29,200 nt of DNA from an uncultured Lacinutrix sp. (lineage in GTDB: Bacteria > Bacteroidota > Bacteroidia > Flavobacteriales > Flavobacteriaceae): the NCBI GenBank assembly GCA_964598775.1, contig CAZRDG010000001.1:1-29200 (forward strand). The letters are read 5' to 3'. Positions 18,762 to 27,589 of the stretch are shown one piece after another; the first letter of the stretch is position 1, and every line of letters begins with the position of its first letter. A model generated the notes under the pieces. It was not told the origin of the DNA and searched no databases. It worked only from the letters and a program-made list of their open reading frames with translations. Position numbers and translations under genes: made by a program.

Positions 18762-19086
18762 CATTGTAATATTTAATAAAAGCCCAAAACGATCTTGATT
18801 TTAAATAACTAAGATTCTTTTCATTTTTATAAGCTTCTCGTTCAAACGAAATGTTTTTATAAGCTAAACTCCAATTTTTATTTTGAATAAGTTTTATAAA
18901 AAATTCAACTAAATAAATCAGATAGAAGGGAATAACCAATAATTCCAATTGTTGTCTTAAATGAATGTTCTCATGATTTATTAGAAATTTTCTATGCTTT
19001 AAATCAGAGGATTTTAAAAACACAAAGGGGAACAGTGTAATCCCTAAATATCCTTTTGGAACAATATGTCTATAAACTAAAATCAT
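18742..19086 (-). CDS. Small conserved hypothetical protein with an HExxH zincin-like motif
   Basis: GITLFPFVF, NHENIHLRQQ, a hydrophobic segment and ISFEREAY; 114 aa; 3' end overlaps the T9SS gene by 20 nt. Confidence 0.8.
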   Translation of the reverse strand: MILVYRHIVPKGYLGITLFPFVFLKSSDLKHRKFLINHENIHLRQQLELLVIPFYLIYLVEFFIKLIQNKNWSLAYKNISFEREAYKNEKNLSYLKSRSFWAFIKYYNVRKSLF

Positions 19087-19121
19087 AACTATAGCACTTC
19101 AAAAATCTTTCCAAATTACAT

Positions 19122-19129
19122 TATCTTTG
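19122..19129 (+). promoter_or_regulatory. Bacteroidota -7 element TATCTTTG for the Cys-rich ORF, hutU and DUF4136 operon
   Basis: Exact TAnnTTTG only 6 nt before the ATG at 19136. Confidence 0.7.
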
Positions 19130-19132
19130 TAA

Positions 19133-19296
<164 letters not shown>

Positions 19297-19297
<1 letters not shown>

Positions 19298-21306
19298 TGC
19301 AAACTGCTACAATGACATTTAAAGAACAAATTTTAGAAGGAATCCCTTCTCAGCTTCCAAATGCAAAACCATATGATGTTACAATAAATCATGCACCAAA
19401 AAGGAAGGCTATATTAAGCCCTGAAGAACAAAGGCTTGCGCTTAGAAATGCCTTGCGCTATTTTGAGCCAAAGCATCACGCTGAATTACTTCCGGAATTC
19501 AAGAATGAGCTAGAATCTTATGGACGAATTTATATGTACAGATTTCGTCCAGATTATAAAATGTATGCACGACCTATTGATGACTACCCTGCAAAATCTA
19601 AGCAAGCAGCGGCTATTATGCTTATGATACAGAATAATTTAGATTATGCAGTGGCTCAGCATCCTCATGAACTCATTACGTATGGCGGAAATGGAGCTGT
19701 ATTTCAAAATTGGGCACAGTATAGACTTACAATGAAATATCTAGCTGAAATGACCAATGAGCAAACTTTGGTGATGTATTCTGGTCATCCAATGGGTTTG
19801 TTTCCAAGTCATAAAGATGCTCCAAGAGTTGTGGTTACTAATGGGATGATGATTCCTAATTACTCAAAACCTGACGATTGGGAAAAATTCAATGCCCTTG
19901 GCGTTACGCAATATGGGCAAATGACTGCTGGAAGTTATATGTATATTGGTCCTCAAGGTATCGTTCATGGTACTACTATTACTGTTCTTAATGGTTTTAG
20001 AAAAATCAAGAAAGAACCAAAAGGAAATTTGTTTGTCACTTCTGGATTAGGAGGGATGTCTGGCGCACAACCAAAAGCTGGAAATATTGCTGGTTGTATT
20101 ACAGTTTGTGCTGAGGTGAATCCTAAAATCACTCAAGTAAGATTAGATCAAGGTTGGATTGATGAAAAAATTACTGATTTAGATGCCTTGGTTGCACGTG
20201 TTAAAAAAGCTAAAACGAATAAGGAAACGGTTTCACTCGCCTATTTAGGTAACGTTGTTGATGTATGGGAAACATTTGATAAATCAAATATTCATATCGA
20301 TTTAGGTAGTGATCAAACCTCACTACATAATCCTTGGGCTGGAGGTTATTATCCAGTTGGTTTGTCCTTTGAAGATGCTAACGAAATGATGGCAAATCAT
20401 CCTGAATTGTTTAAAGAAAAAGTACAAGCGAGTTTACGCAGACAAGCTGAAGCTATTAACAAGCACACGGCAAAAGGCACTTACTTTTTTGATTATGGAA
20501 ATGCATTTTTACTGGAAGCATCTCGTGCTGGAGCTGATGTGATGTCTGATAATCCAACTTTAGGCAGAGAGTTTAAATACCCTTCTTACGTACAAGACAT
20601 CATGGGGCCAATGTGCTTTGATTATGGTTTTGGTCCATTCCGCTGGGTTTGTGCATCGGGAAAACCTGAAGATTTAGAAAAGACGGATGCTATAGCTTGT
20701 AAAATTTTAGAAGATATAAAAGCAAATTCTCCAAAAGAAATACAACAGCAAATGGCTGATAACATTCAATGGATTAAAGGTGCGCAAGAAAATAAATTAG
20801 TAGTTGGTTCACAAGCTAGAATATTATATGCTGATGCTGAAGGCCGAATGAAAATAGCAAAAGCATTTAATGATGCCATTGCAAATAGAGAAATTGGATA
20901 CGTGGTTTTGGGTCGTGATCATCACGACGTTTCAGGGACTGATTCGCCTTATAGAGAAACGAGTAACATTTATGATGGTTCCCGTTTTACTGCTGATATG
21001 GCAATACATAATGTGATAGGAGATAGCTTTAGAGGAGCCACTTGGGTGAGCATTCACAATGGTGGAGGCGTTGGTTGGGGCGAAGTTGTCAACGGTGGAT
21101 TTGGTATGGTTCTTGATGGTAGTAATGACGCAGAACGTCGCTTAAAATCCATGTTGTTTTGGGATGTTAACAACGGAATTGCTAGACGAAGTTGGGCTAG
21201 AAATGAAGAAGCTAATTTTACAATAAAACGCGCGATGGAGGTGGAACAGAATTTACAGATTACCATGCCAAACAATGTTGATGATAATTTATTGAATACA
21301 TTATAA
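19297..21306 (+). CDS. hutU: Urocanate hydratase, long (eukaryote-like) form
   Basis: YGQMTAGSYMYIGPQGIVHGT, GLGGMSGAQPKA, SDQTSLHNP, GRDHHDVSGTDSP and HNGGGVGWG; 669 aa. Confidence 0.96.
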
Positions 21307-21324
21307 CCATTAATAAATAAAGCT

Positions 21325-21891
21325 ATGAAACATTTATTTAGAGTATTGCCTATTCTGATGATTACTTTTTTTATGACATCATGTACATCAGTTAGAGTTG
21401 CATCAGATTTTGATAGAGAAGCCGACTTTAATTCTTACAAAACGTTTGCGTTTTACAAGACAGGAATTGATAAGGCCGAAATTAGTGACTTAGATAAACG
21501 CAGGATTCTTCGAGCCATTGAAACAGAAATGATAGCAAAAGGATTCACTAAATCTGAAACTCCAGATTTGCTAGTGAGTATTTTTACTAAATCTCAAGAA
21601 CGTGTAAACGTATACAACAACACCTGGGGATTTGGCGGCTGGGGTTGGGGCTGGGGAGGCTTCGGTCCATGGGGTGGTTTTGGTCCTGGTTGGGGCTGGA
21701 ATAACCAATCTGTATCAACTAGAACAGAAGGGTCTCTTTATATTGATTTAATAGATGCTAAGAAAAAAGAATTGGTCTGGCAAGGTATTGGCAGAGGTTA
21801 CATTAGCCAAGATATGAGCCGAAAGGAAGAACGCATAAAAGAATTTGTTATGAAAATCATGGAGAAATATCCTCCAGGAATGGAAAACTAA
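21325..21891 (+). CDS. DUF4136-like lipoprotein with a Trp/Gly-rich insert
   Basis: Lipobox FFMTSC; DFNSYKTFAF, EGSLYIDLIDAKKKELVWQG and KIMEKYPP. Confidence 0.85.
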   Translation: MKHLFRVLPILMITFFMTSCTSVRVASDFDREADFNSYKTFAFYKTGIDKAEISDLDKRRILRAIETEMIAKGFTKSETPDLLVSIFTKSQERVNVYNNTWGFGGWGWGWGGFGPWGGFGPGWGWNNQSVSTRTEGSLYIDLIDAKKKELVWQGIGRGYISQDMSRKEERIKEFVMKIMEKYPPGMEN

Positions 21892-21897
21892 ACTTTG

Positions 21898-21927
21898 AAA
21901 AAAGCAACTCAAATGAGTTGCTTTTTT
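21898..21927. terminator. Bidirectional intrinsic terminator
   Basis: Perfect 13-bp inverted repeat AAAAAAGCAACTC-AAAT-GAGTTGCTTTTTT between convergent genes. Confidence 0.9.
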
Positions 21928-21930
21928 ATT

Positions 21931-23025
21931 TTAACTTTTTACATCCAATGCATCACGTAATGTATTCCCAATAAGCATAAATGCCATGACTAAACTCATG
22001 ATGCATAATCCAGGAATGATAGCTAAATAAGGTTTGCCAAGAATAATGTAGTTATAATGATCTTTAATCATCGCTCCCCAACTTGCCATAGGTGGTTGTG
22101 CACCGATACCTAAAAAGCTTAACCCACTTTCAATCAATATGGCAGCAGCAAAATTAGCAGCAGAAATGACTATGACTGGAGCCATAATATTTGGTAAAAT
22201 ATGTTTTGTGATAATTCTAAAATCATTAAATCCTAAAGCACGAGCAGCTGTTACATATTGTATTTCTTTTACGCTTATTATTTGCCCTCTAACTACTCTA
22301 GCTACTTCAACCCACATGGTGAGTCCAACTGCAATAAATACTTGCCAAAACCCTTTACCCAAAGCTAAAGTTATGGCAATGACTAATAATAAGGTTGGTA
22401 TAGACCAAGTGACATTAATGAGCCACATAATGACAGCATCAATTTTACCACCAAAATAACCAGCAATACTGCCAAGTGTAATTCCTATAATCAATGAAAT
22501 GAATACAGCGACGAAGCCTATAAAGAATGATATTCGCGCTCCTACCAGAACTCTGCTTAGCATATCACGACCATATTTGTCTGTCCCAAAGAGGAAGGTT
22601 TTTTCGTTAATATAACTTGCATAATCATTATTAGGAAACTGATTAATGAGTAATGATTTGGTGATTCCTTCCAATCCGTCAGTCGTGTATTCTGTATAAA
22701 TTAACTTTTCGTTTTCTATTCTGTATTCCGAAATAGGAATTTCAGTAATTTCATTTTTCACACCGAAGAATACTTTATCTAACCAGTTTTGCTCATTCGA
22801 CTGAGATGAAGGAATAGACAGTAATGTTACTTTAAATCCTGGTTTTTTGGAATGAATAGAAATATGCATTTGATTTGCATGCTGTGAGTTATCTGGAGCA
22901 ATAACATAAGCAAAAATAGAAATGAGCCCAACAAAAACAATAAACCAAAAACTAAAAACGCCCCAAAAGTTTTTTTTAAACTTTTGAAGCGCTAAGTGTG
23001 TTAATGAGCTACTTGTGTTACTCAT
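21931..23025 (-). CDS. OppC/DppC-like peptide ABC transporter permease
   Basis: FLFGTDKYGRDMLSRVLVGARIS; EAA-type motif YVTAARALG; HILPN and ESGLSFLG. Confidence 0.92.
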   Translation of the reverse strand: MSNTSSSLTHLALQKFKKNFWGVFSFWFIVFVGLISIFAYVIAPDNSQHANQMHISIHSKKPGFKVTLLSIPSSQSNEQNWLDKVFFGVKNEITEIPISEYRIENEKLIYTEYTTDGLEGITKSLLINQFPNNDYASYINEKTFLFGTDKYGRDMLSRVLVGARISFFIGFVAVFISLIIGITLGSIAGYFGGKIDAVIMWLINVTWSIPTLLLVIAITLALGKGFWQVFIAVGLTMWVEVARVVRGQIISVKEIQYVTAARALGFNDFRIITKHILPNIMAPVIVISAANFAAAILIESGLSFLGIGAQPPMASWGAMIKDHYNYIILGKPYLAIIPGLCIMSLVMAFMLIGNTLRDALDVKS

Positions 23026-23031
23026 TTAGTA

Positions 23032-25221
23032 TTAGTCTTTTACAGTTGCTACTTTTTTAATGCCATAGGTCATTTTTAAATCATTCAATACATTAAGAGC
23101 CTCTTCTATATAAACATCTTTGGCTAAACTTTCATGCCATCTGTCTCTTTTCATTTTCAGAACGGAGTCTTTCTCAACCAATACATTTTCGTAAGGCAAT
23201 GATTTGAACGTTAAATTGGTCGTGTATTCAGAGATTTTATCAAAGCGTTTTGCTTCTTCTTCATTGGCTTCCAATTTTTTTCTGTAATCTTCATAATTTA
23301 GTGAGAATACATTACGATCTCTTATAGTTTTAATCCACTTTGCATTTTCATCAATAAGCTTAAGCTGTTCACTATTTTGCATACGCTCTTTGCTTTTTTC
23401 AATGGTGGCATCGTAATCAAAATAGCTGTCCCAAATAGTATATTCTGCAGGAGCAATTTTATCCCAAGCTAAAGGGTTTTCTTGATCACGCTCTCCTATG
23501 TCGATATAACTATAACGATCTGGTACAACCACATCACTTTTTACGCCTTCCAATTGTGTTGAACCACCATTAATTCTGTAAAATTTTTGAGTAGTGAACT
23601 TTAAGGCCCCCATATCACCATTGGTGTTATTACGCACCATTCGGTTTAAATCTAACACAATTTGAACTGTTCCTTTACCATAGGTTTGCTTGCTTCCAAT
23701 AACGATAGCACGCTTGTAGTCTTGCATTGCAGCTGCTAAAATTTCGGATGCTGATGCTGATAGTTCATTTACTAAAATAACAAGTGGTCCATCCCAAGCA
23801 ATAGAACGATCTCTATCTTGTAATACTTCTTGAGGCTCACCAGTTGAGCGCACTTGTACAATTGGACCATCTTTAATGAATAATCCAGCCATATCAACTA
23901 CTGTTTTTAGAGAACCACCTCCATTATTTCTAAGATCGAGAACTAAGCCTTCCATACCTTCGGCTTTTAATCGCTCAATTTCTTTTTTAATATCGCTTGC
24001 AGCATTTCGCTTGTTGTAATCATCAAAATCAGCATAGAATTTTGGTAAGTTAATCACACCAAAGGTTTTGCCTTCTTTTTCTACATAAGATGATTTTGCA
24101 TAGGTTTCTTCCAATTCAATAACGTCTCTCGGAATAGAAAGATCTACAATATTACCATCAACTTTTTTCAAAGTGAGTATGACATTGGTTCCTTTTGGGC
24201 CTTTTATGAGTTTAACTGCGTCGTCAGTTCTCATACCAACCACGTTCACAGCTTCGTCTTCATCTTCTTGTCTTACTTTTAAAATGACATCGCCTACTTC
24301 AAGCTTATTTTGTCTCCATGCCGAACCACCTGAAATTACTTCAACAATGGTTATGTAGTCCATTTTCTTTTGTAATCTGGCTCCAATACCTTCATAATTT
24401 CCAGACATATCTACATCAAAACGATCTTTAGCTTCAGGTGCAAAATAGTAAGTATGAGGATCAAACTCTACAACAATGGCATTCATATAGACTGCAAACC
24501 AATCTTTACGCTCTCTGTCATCAATAAAGTTATACAGTTCATTAAGTGAGTTTAAAGTTGCCTGACGTGCTTCAGCTTCTAACTCTGCATCTGATTTCAT
24601 TTTAAAATCACTCATTTCCTTATTAAAGGCTTTTTCTTTTTCAGCATCACTCAACAATTCAATTTCTTTAACCCTTTTTGCTTCTGCTTCTTGAGTCTTT
24701 ATTAAATCGTGGTAATTTGCAATAGCAGAAAATTTAAGTTGTTGCCTCCAACGTTCTTTCATTTCCTTTTTAGAATTAACATAACCAGCTTTTTCATAGT
24801 CGGTATCAAACGCTTCATTATCGTTAAAATTAAATGGCTGTTCTAACACTTCCTTGTACATTAACTTGGATTCTTCCATACGTTGAATCAATCGTTCGTG
24901 TGTTAGGTTGAAAAAAGATAAATCGTATTCCATTAATTGGTTATCTAATTCATTTTTGTATGCCGAAAACTCTTTAATATCACTTTCGTAGAAGTACCTT
25001 TTAAAAGGATCTAATTGATTTAAATAATCATCAAACACATGTTGGGAGAACTCGTCGTTCATGTCTTTTGGCTCAAAATGGCCTTGTTCTAAAACGTAAG
25101 TAATGAGTTGTACCAAGAGTTTATCTTTGTCATCAGACTCTTCAAAAGTTTTAGTTGTAAAACTACATGAGGCAAAGGCTAGAAGTAGCGTTAATAAAAG
25201 TATGTTAATATTCCTTTTCAT
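23032..25221 (-). CDS. prc: Carboxy-terminal processing (tail-specific, S41A) protease lipoprotein
   Basis: Lipobox AFASC; FDPHTYY; PDZ segment GIGARL; DLRNNGGG; catalytic SASASE and QTYGKG; C-terminal extension typical of Prc. Confidence 0.93.
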   Translation of the reverse strand: MKRNINILLLTLLLAFASCSFTTKTFEESDDKDKLLVQLITYVLEQGHFEPKDMNDEFSQHVFDDYLNQLDPFKRYFYESDIKEFSAYKNELDNQLMEYDLSFFNLTHERLIQRMEESKLMYKEVLEQPFNFNDNEAFDTDYEKAGYVNSKKEMKERWRQQLKFSAIANYHDLIKTQEAEAKRVKEIELLSDAEKEKAFNKEMSDFKMKSDAELEAEARQATLNSLNELYNFIDDRERKDWFAVYMNAIVVEFDPHTYYFAPEAKDRFDVDMSGNYEGIGARLQKKMDYITIVEVISGGSAWRQNKLEVGDVILKVRQEDEDEAVNVVGMRTDDAVKLIKGPKGTNVILTLKKVDGNIVDLSIPRDVIELEETYAKSSYVEKEGKTFGVINLPKFYADFDDYNKRNAASDIKKEIERLKAEGMEGLVLDLRNNGGGSLKTVVDMAGLFIKDGPIVQVRSTGEPQEVLQDRDRSIAWDGPLVILVNELSASASEILAAAMQDYKRAIVIGSKQTYGKGTVQIVLDLNRMVRNNTNGDMGALKFTTQKFYRINGGSTQLEGVKSDVVVPDRYSYIDIGERDQENPLAWDKIAPAEYTIWDSYFDYDATIEKSKERMQNSEQLKLIDENAKWIKTIRDRNVFSLNYEDYRKKLEANEEEAKRFDKISEYTTNLTFKSLPYENVLVEKDSVLKMKRDRWHESLAKDVYIEEALNVLNDLKMTYGIKKVATVKD

Positions 25222-25251
25222 TTTATTGGGCTTATTTTTGACTAAATTAAA

Positions 25252-25267
25252 GAAAAAATTATGCCAA
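25252..25267 (-). promoter_or_regulatory. Possible sigma-54-like site upstream of prc
   Basis: Minus strand reads TTGGCATAATTTTTTC. The -24 box matches the thioredoxin site, but the -12 reads TC instead of GC. It lies 30 nt before the ATG. Confidence 0.35.
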
Positions 25268-25332
25268 TATTAAGTTCTCATACTAATTTTTTGTTAAACA
25301 CGATAAAATACCGAATTAAATATGAATTTGGT

Positions 25333-25340
25333 TACTTTTG
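25333..25340 (+). promoter_or_regulatory. Bacteroidota -7 element TACTTTTG for surE-hyp-lpxB
   Basis: Exact TAnnTTTG, 23 nt before the surE ATG. Confidence 0.7.
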
Positions 25341-25363
25341 TAAGTGTTTAAAAATGACAATAA

Positions 25364-26143
25364 ATGACTAAAAAACCTTTAATATTAGTTACAAACGATG
25401 ATGGTATTACTGCACCTGGAATTCGAACTTTAATTAAAGTCATGAATACTATTGGAGATGTCGTTGTCGTGGCTCCAGATAGTCCACAAAGCGGAATGGG
25501 ACATGCTATCACTGTGAATAATACCTTGCACTGTAAAAAAGAAAAAATTGATGATGGACCACAGACAGAATACAGTACGTCGGGAACTCCTGCTGACTGC
25601 GTAAAATTGGCAAGGCATGAAATTCTCAAACAAACGCCAGATTTATGTGTTTCAGGTGTAAACCATGGTTCAAACTCCTCAATTAATGTTATTTATTCTG
25701 GCACTATGAGTGCTGCTATTGAAGCTGGGATTGAAGGTATTCCTGCCATTGGATTTTCACTTTTAGATTATAACTGGGATGCCAATTTTGAAGTGCTTGA
25801 AGATTACATTAAAAAAATAACATTGTCAGTCTTAAAAAATGGATTATCAAAAGGTGTGGTTTTAAATGTCAATTTCCCTAAGGCTAAAACGAAGAAAGAT
25901 ATTAAAGGCATTAAAATTTGCAGACAAGCAAAAGGCAATTGGGTTGAAGAGTTTGATAAAAGGCAAAGCCCTTCAGGGCAAGACTATTATTGGCTTACAG
26001 GTAAATTTGTTAATTTTGATAAAGGCCAAGATACAGACGAATGGGCTTTAGAGAACAATTACGTTTCAGTTGTGCCTGTTCAGTTTGATTTAACGGCTTA
26101 TCAAAGTATTCAAGAATTAAATTCATGGTTATTAAATGGTTAG
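25364..26143 (+). CDS. surE: 5'/3'-nucleotidase SurE
   Basis: ILVTNDDG, QSGMGHAIT, SGTPADCV, SGVNHGSN and YSGTMSAA. Confidence 0.97.
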   Translation: MTKKPLILVTNDDGITAPGIRTLIKVMNTIGDVVVVAPDSPQSGMGHAITVNNTLHCKKEKIDDGPQTEYSTSGTPADCVKLARHEILKQTPDLCVSGVNHGSNSSINVIYSGTMSAAIEAGIEGIPAIGFSLLDYNWDANFEVLEDYIKKITLSVLKNGLSKGVVLNVNFPKAKTKKDIKGIKICRQAKGNWVEEFDKRQSPSGQDYYWLTGKFVNFDKGQDTDEWALENNYVSVVPVQFDLTAYQSIQELNSWLLNG

Positions 26144-26420
26144 AAAGGAAGTATTAATTGGATTAATAGTAGGCTTACTTGCAAATGCCTTGGGACTGTT
26201 TCTCTCGGCAACTTTATTAGGAAAAGGTGAGGATTTTATAATGGTTTTAAAATCAGCTGCAGCTGAAGGTTTTCTCGGTAAACTAATTAGCTTAGGTGCT
26301 GTGTTAAATCTGATAGCTTTCTTTATCTTTATAAAGAAAAAGCAAGATTATCGCGCTCGAGGCGTCTTGTTGGCCACTATATTAGTGGCTGTTTTCACCT
26401 TTTTATTAAATTTTAATTAA
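26136..26420 (+). CDS. 94-aa hypothetical membrane protein with three predicted TM segments
   Basis: Three hydrophobic stretches; overlaps surE by 8 nt and ends 11 nt before lpxB. Confidence 0.8.
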   Translation: MVRKEVLIGLIVGLLANALGLFLSATLLGKGEDFIMVLKSAAAEGFLGKLISLGAVLNLIAFFIFIKKKQDYRARGVLLATILVAVFTFLLNFN

Positions 26421-26431
26421 ATATAAATTTT

Positions 26432-27544
26432 TTGAAATACTACATCATTGCAGGCGAAGCCTCTGGAGACTTACATGGTTCCAACCTAATGAAAGCATTA
26501 ATCAAACAAGATTTAAATGCTGAATTTAGATTTTGGGGAGGCGATTTAATGCAAGATGTTAGCAATTCTTTAGTTAAGCACTACAAAGATTTGGCTTTTA
26601 TGGGATTTTTGGAAGTGGTTATGAACTTACGAACAATTTCCAAAAACCTCAAATTCTGCAGGAATGATATAGAAAGTTATCATCCAGATGTTATTGTATT
26701 TATTGATTATCCTGGATTTAATTTACGTATAGCGAAATGGGCTAAACAAAAAGGATTTAAAACCCATTATTACATTTCACCTCAAATTTGGGCATGGAAA
26801 GAAAACCGAATCGATGCCATAAAGCGTGATGTAGATCAAATGTATGTGATACTGCCCTTTGAGAAAAAATTTTACGAAGAGAAACATAATTATCCTGTAC
26901 ATTTTGTTGGTCATCCATTAATTGATGCTATCTCTAAACGCAATCAAATTGACGAGTATGAATTTAGGGCTTCACACGAACTATCTGAAAAACCTATTAT
27001 TGCATTATTACCAGGAAGTAGAAAGCAAGAAATTAGAAAAATGCTAAGCACAATGCTTAGTGTCGTAAATGATTTTTCAGATTATCAATTTGTAATTGCA
27101 GGTGCACCCAGTCAGGACTATAGTTTTTATGAGGAATTTATTACAAATCCGAATGTGCATTTTGTAAGTAATAGAACTTATGATTTACTTAGTGTCTCTA
27201 GTGCAGCCTTGGTAACTTCGGGAACCGCTACTCTAGAAACAGCATTATTTAAGGTGCCTGAAGTTGTTTGTTATAAAGGAAGTTGGCTATCCTACCAAAT
27301 TGGAAAGCGTTTAGTGAAGCATATCAAATATATTTCACTGGTTAACCTAATTATGGATAAGGAAGTAGTCACTGAATTGATTCAAGACGATTTCAACACC
27401 AAAAATCTTAAAAAAGAACTGACAAGGATTTTGGATACTTTTGAACGCACAAAATTCTTCATGCATTATTATGAACTGGAAAAGGCCTTGGGAGGCAAAG
27501 GAGCGAGTGACAAAGTTGCTAAGTTGATTTATGAAAGCCTTTAA
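26432..27544 (+). CDS. lpxB: Lipid-A-disaccharide synthase (TTG start)
   Basis: IAGEASGDLHG, IDYPGFN, YISPQIWAW, VGHPL, LLPGSR and SGTATLE. Confidence 0.97.
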   Translation: MKYYIIAGEASGDLHGSNLMKALIKQDLNAEFRFWGGDLMQDVSNSLVKHYKDLAFMGFLEVVMNLRTISKNLKFCRNDIESYHPDVIVFIDYPGFNLRIAKWAKQKGFKTHYYISPQIWAWKENRIDAIKRDVDQMYVILPFEKKFYEEKHNYPVHFVGHPLIDAISKRNQIDEYEFRASHELSEKPIIALLPGSRKQEIRKMLSTMLSVVNDFSDYQFVIAGAPSQDYSFYEEFITNPNVHFVSNRTYDLLSVSSAALVTSGTATLETALFKVPEVVCYKGSWLSYQIGKRLVKHIKYISLVNLIMDKEVVTELIQDDFNTKNLKKELTRILDTFERTKFFMHYYELEKALGGKGASDKVAKLIYESL

Positions 27545-27589
27545 GTTATATGCTCAATATTTGATTTGTTTTATTGTAATTTTCATGTC

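Noticed and set aside
27545-27589. Loose resemblance of the reverse complement of this gap to 12030-12052 as invertible-repeat ends
   Set aside because: The match is short, gapped and almost all A/T, and no recombinase is in the window
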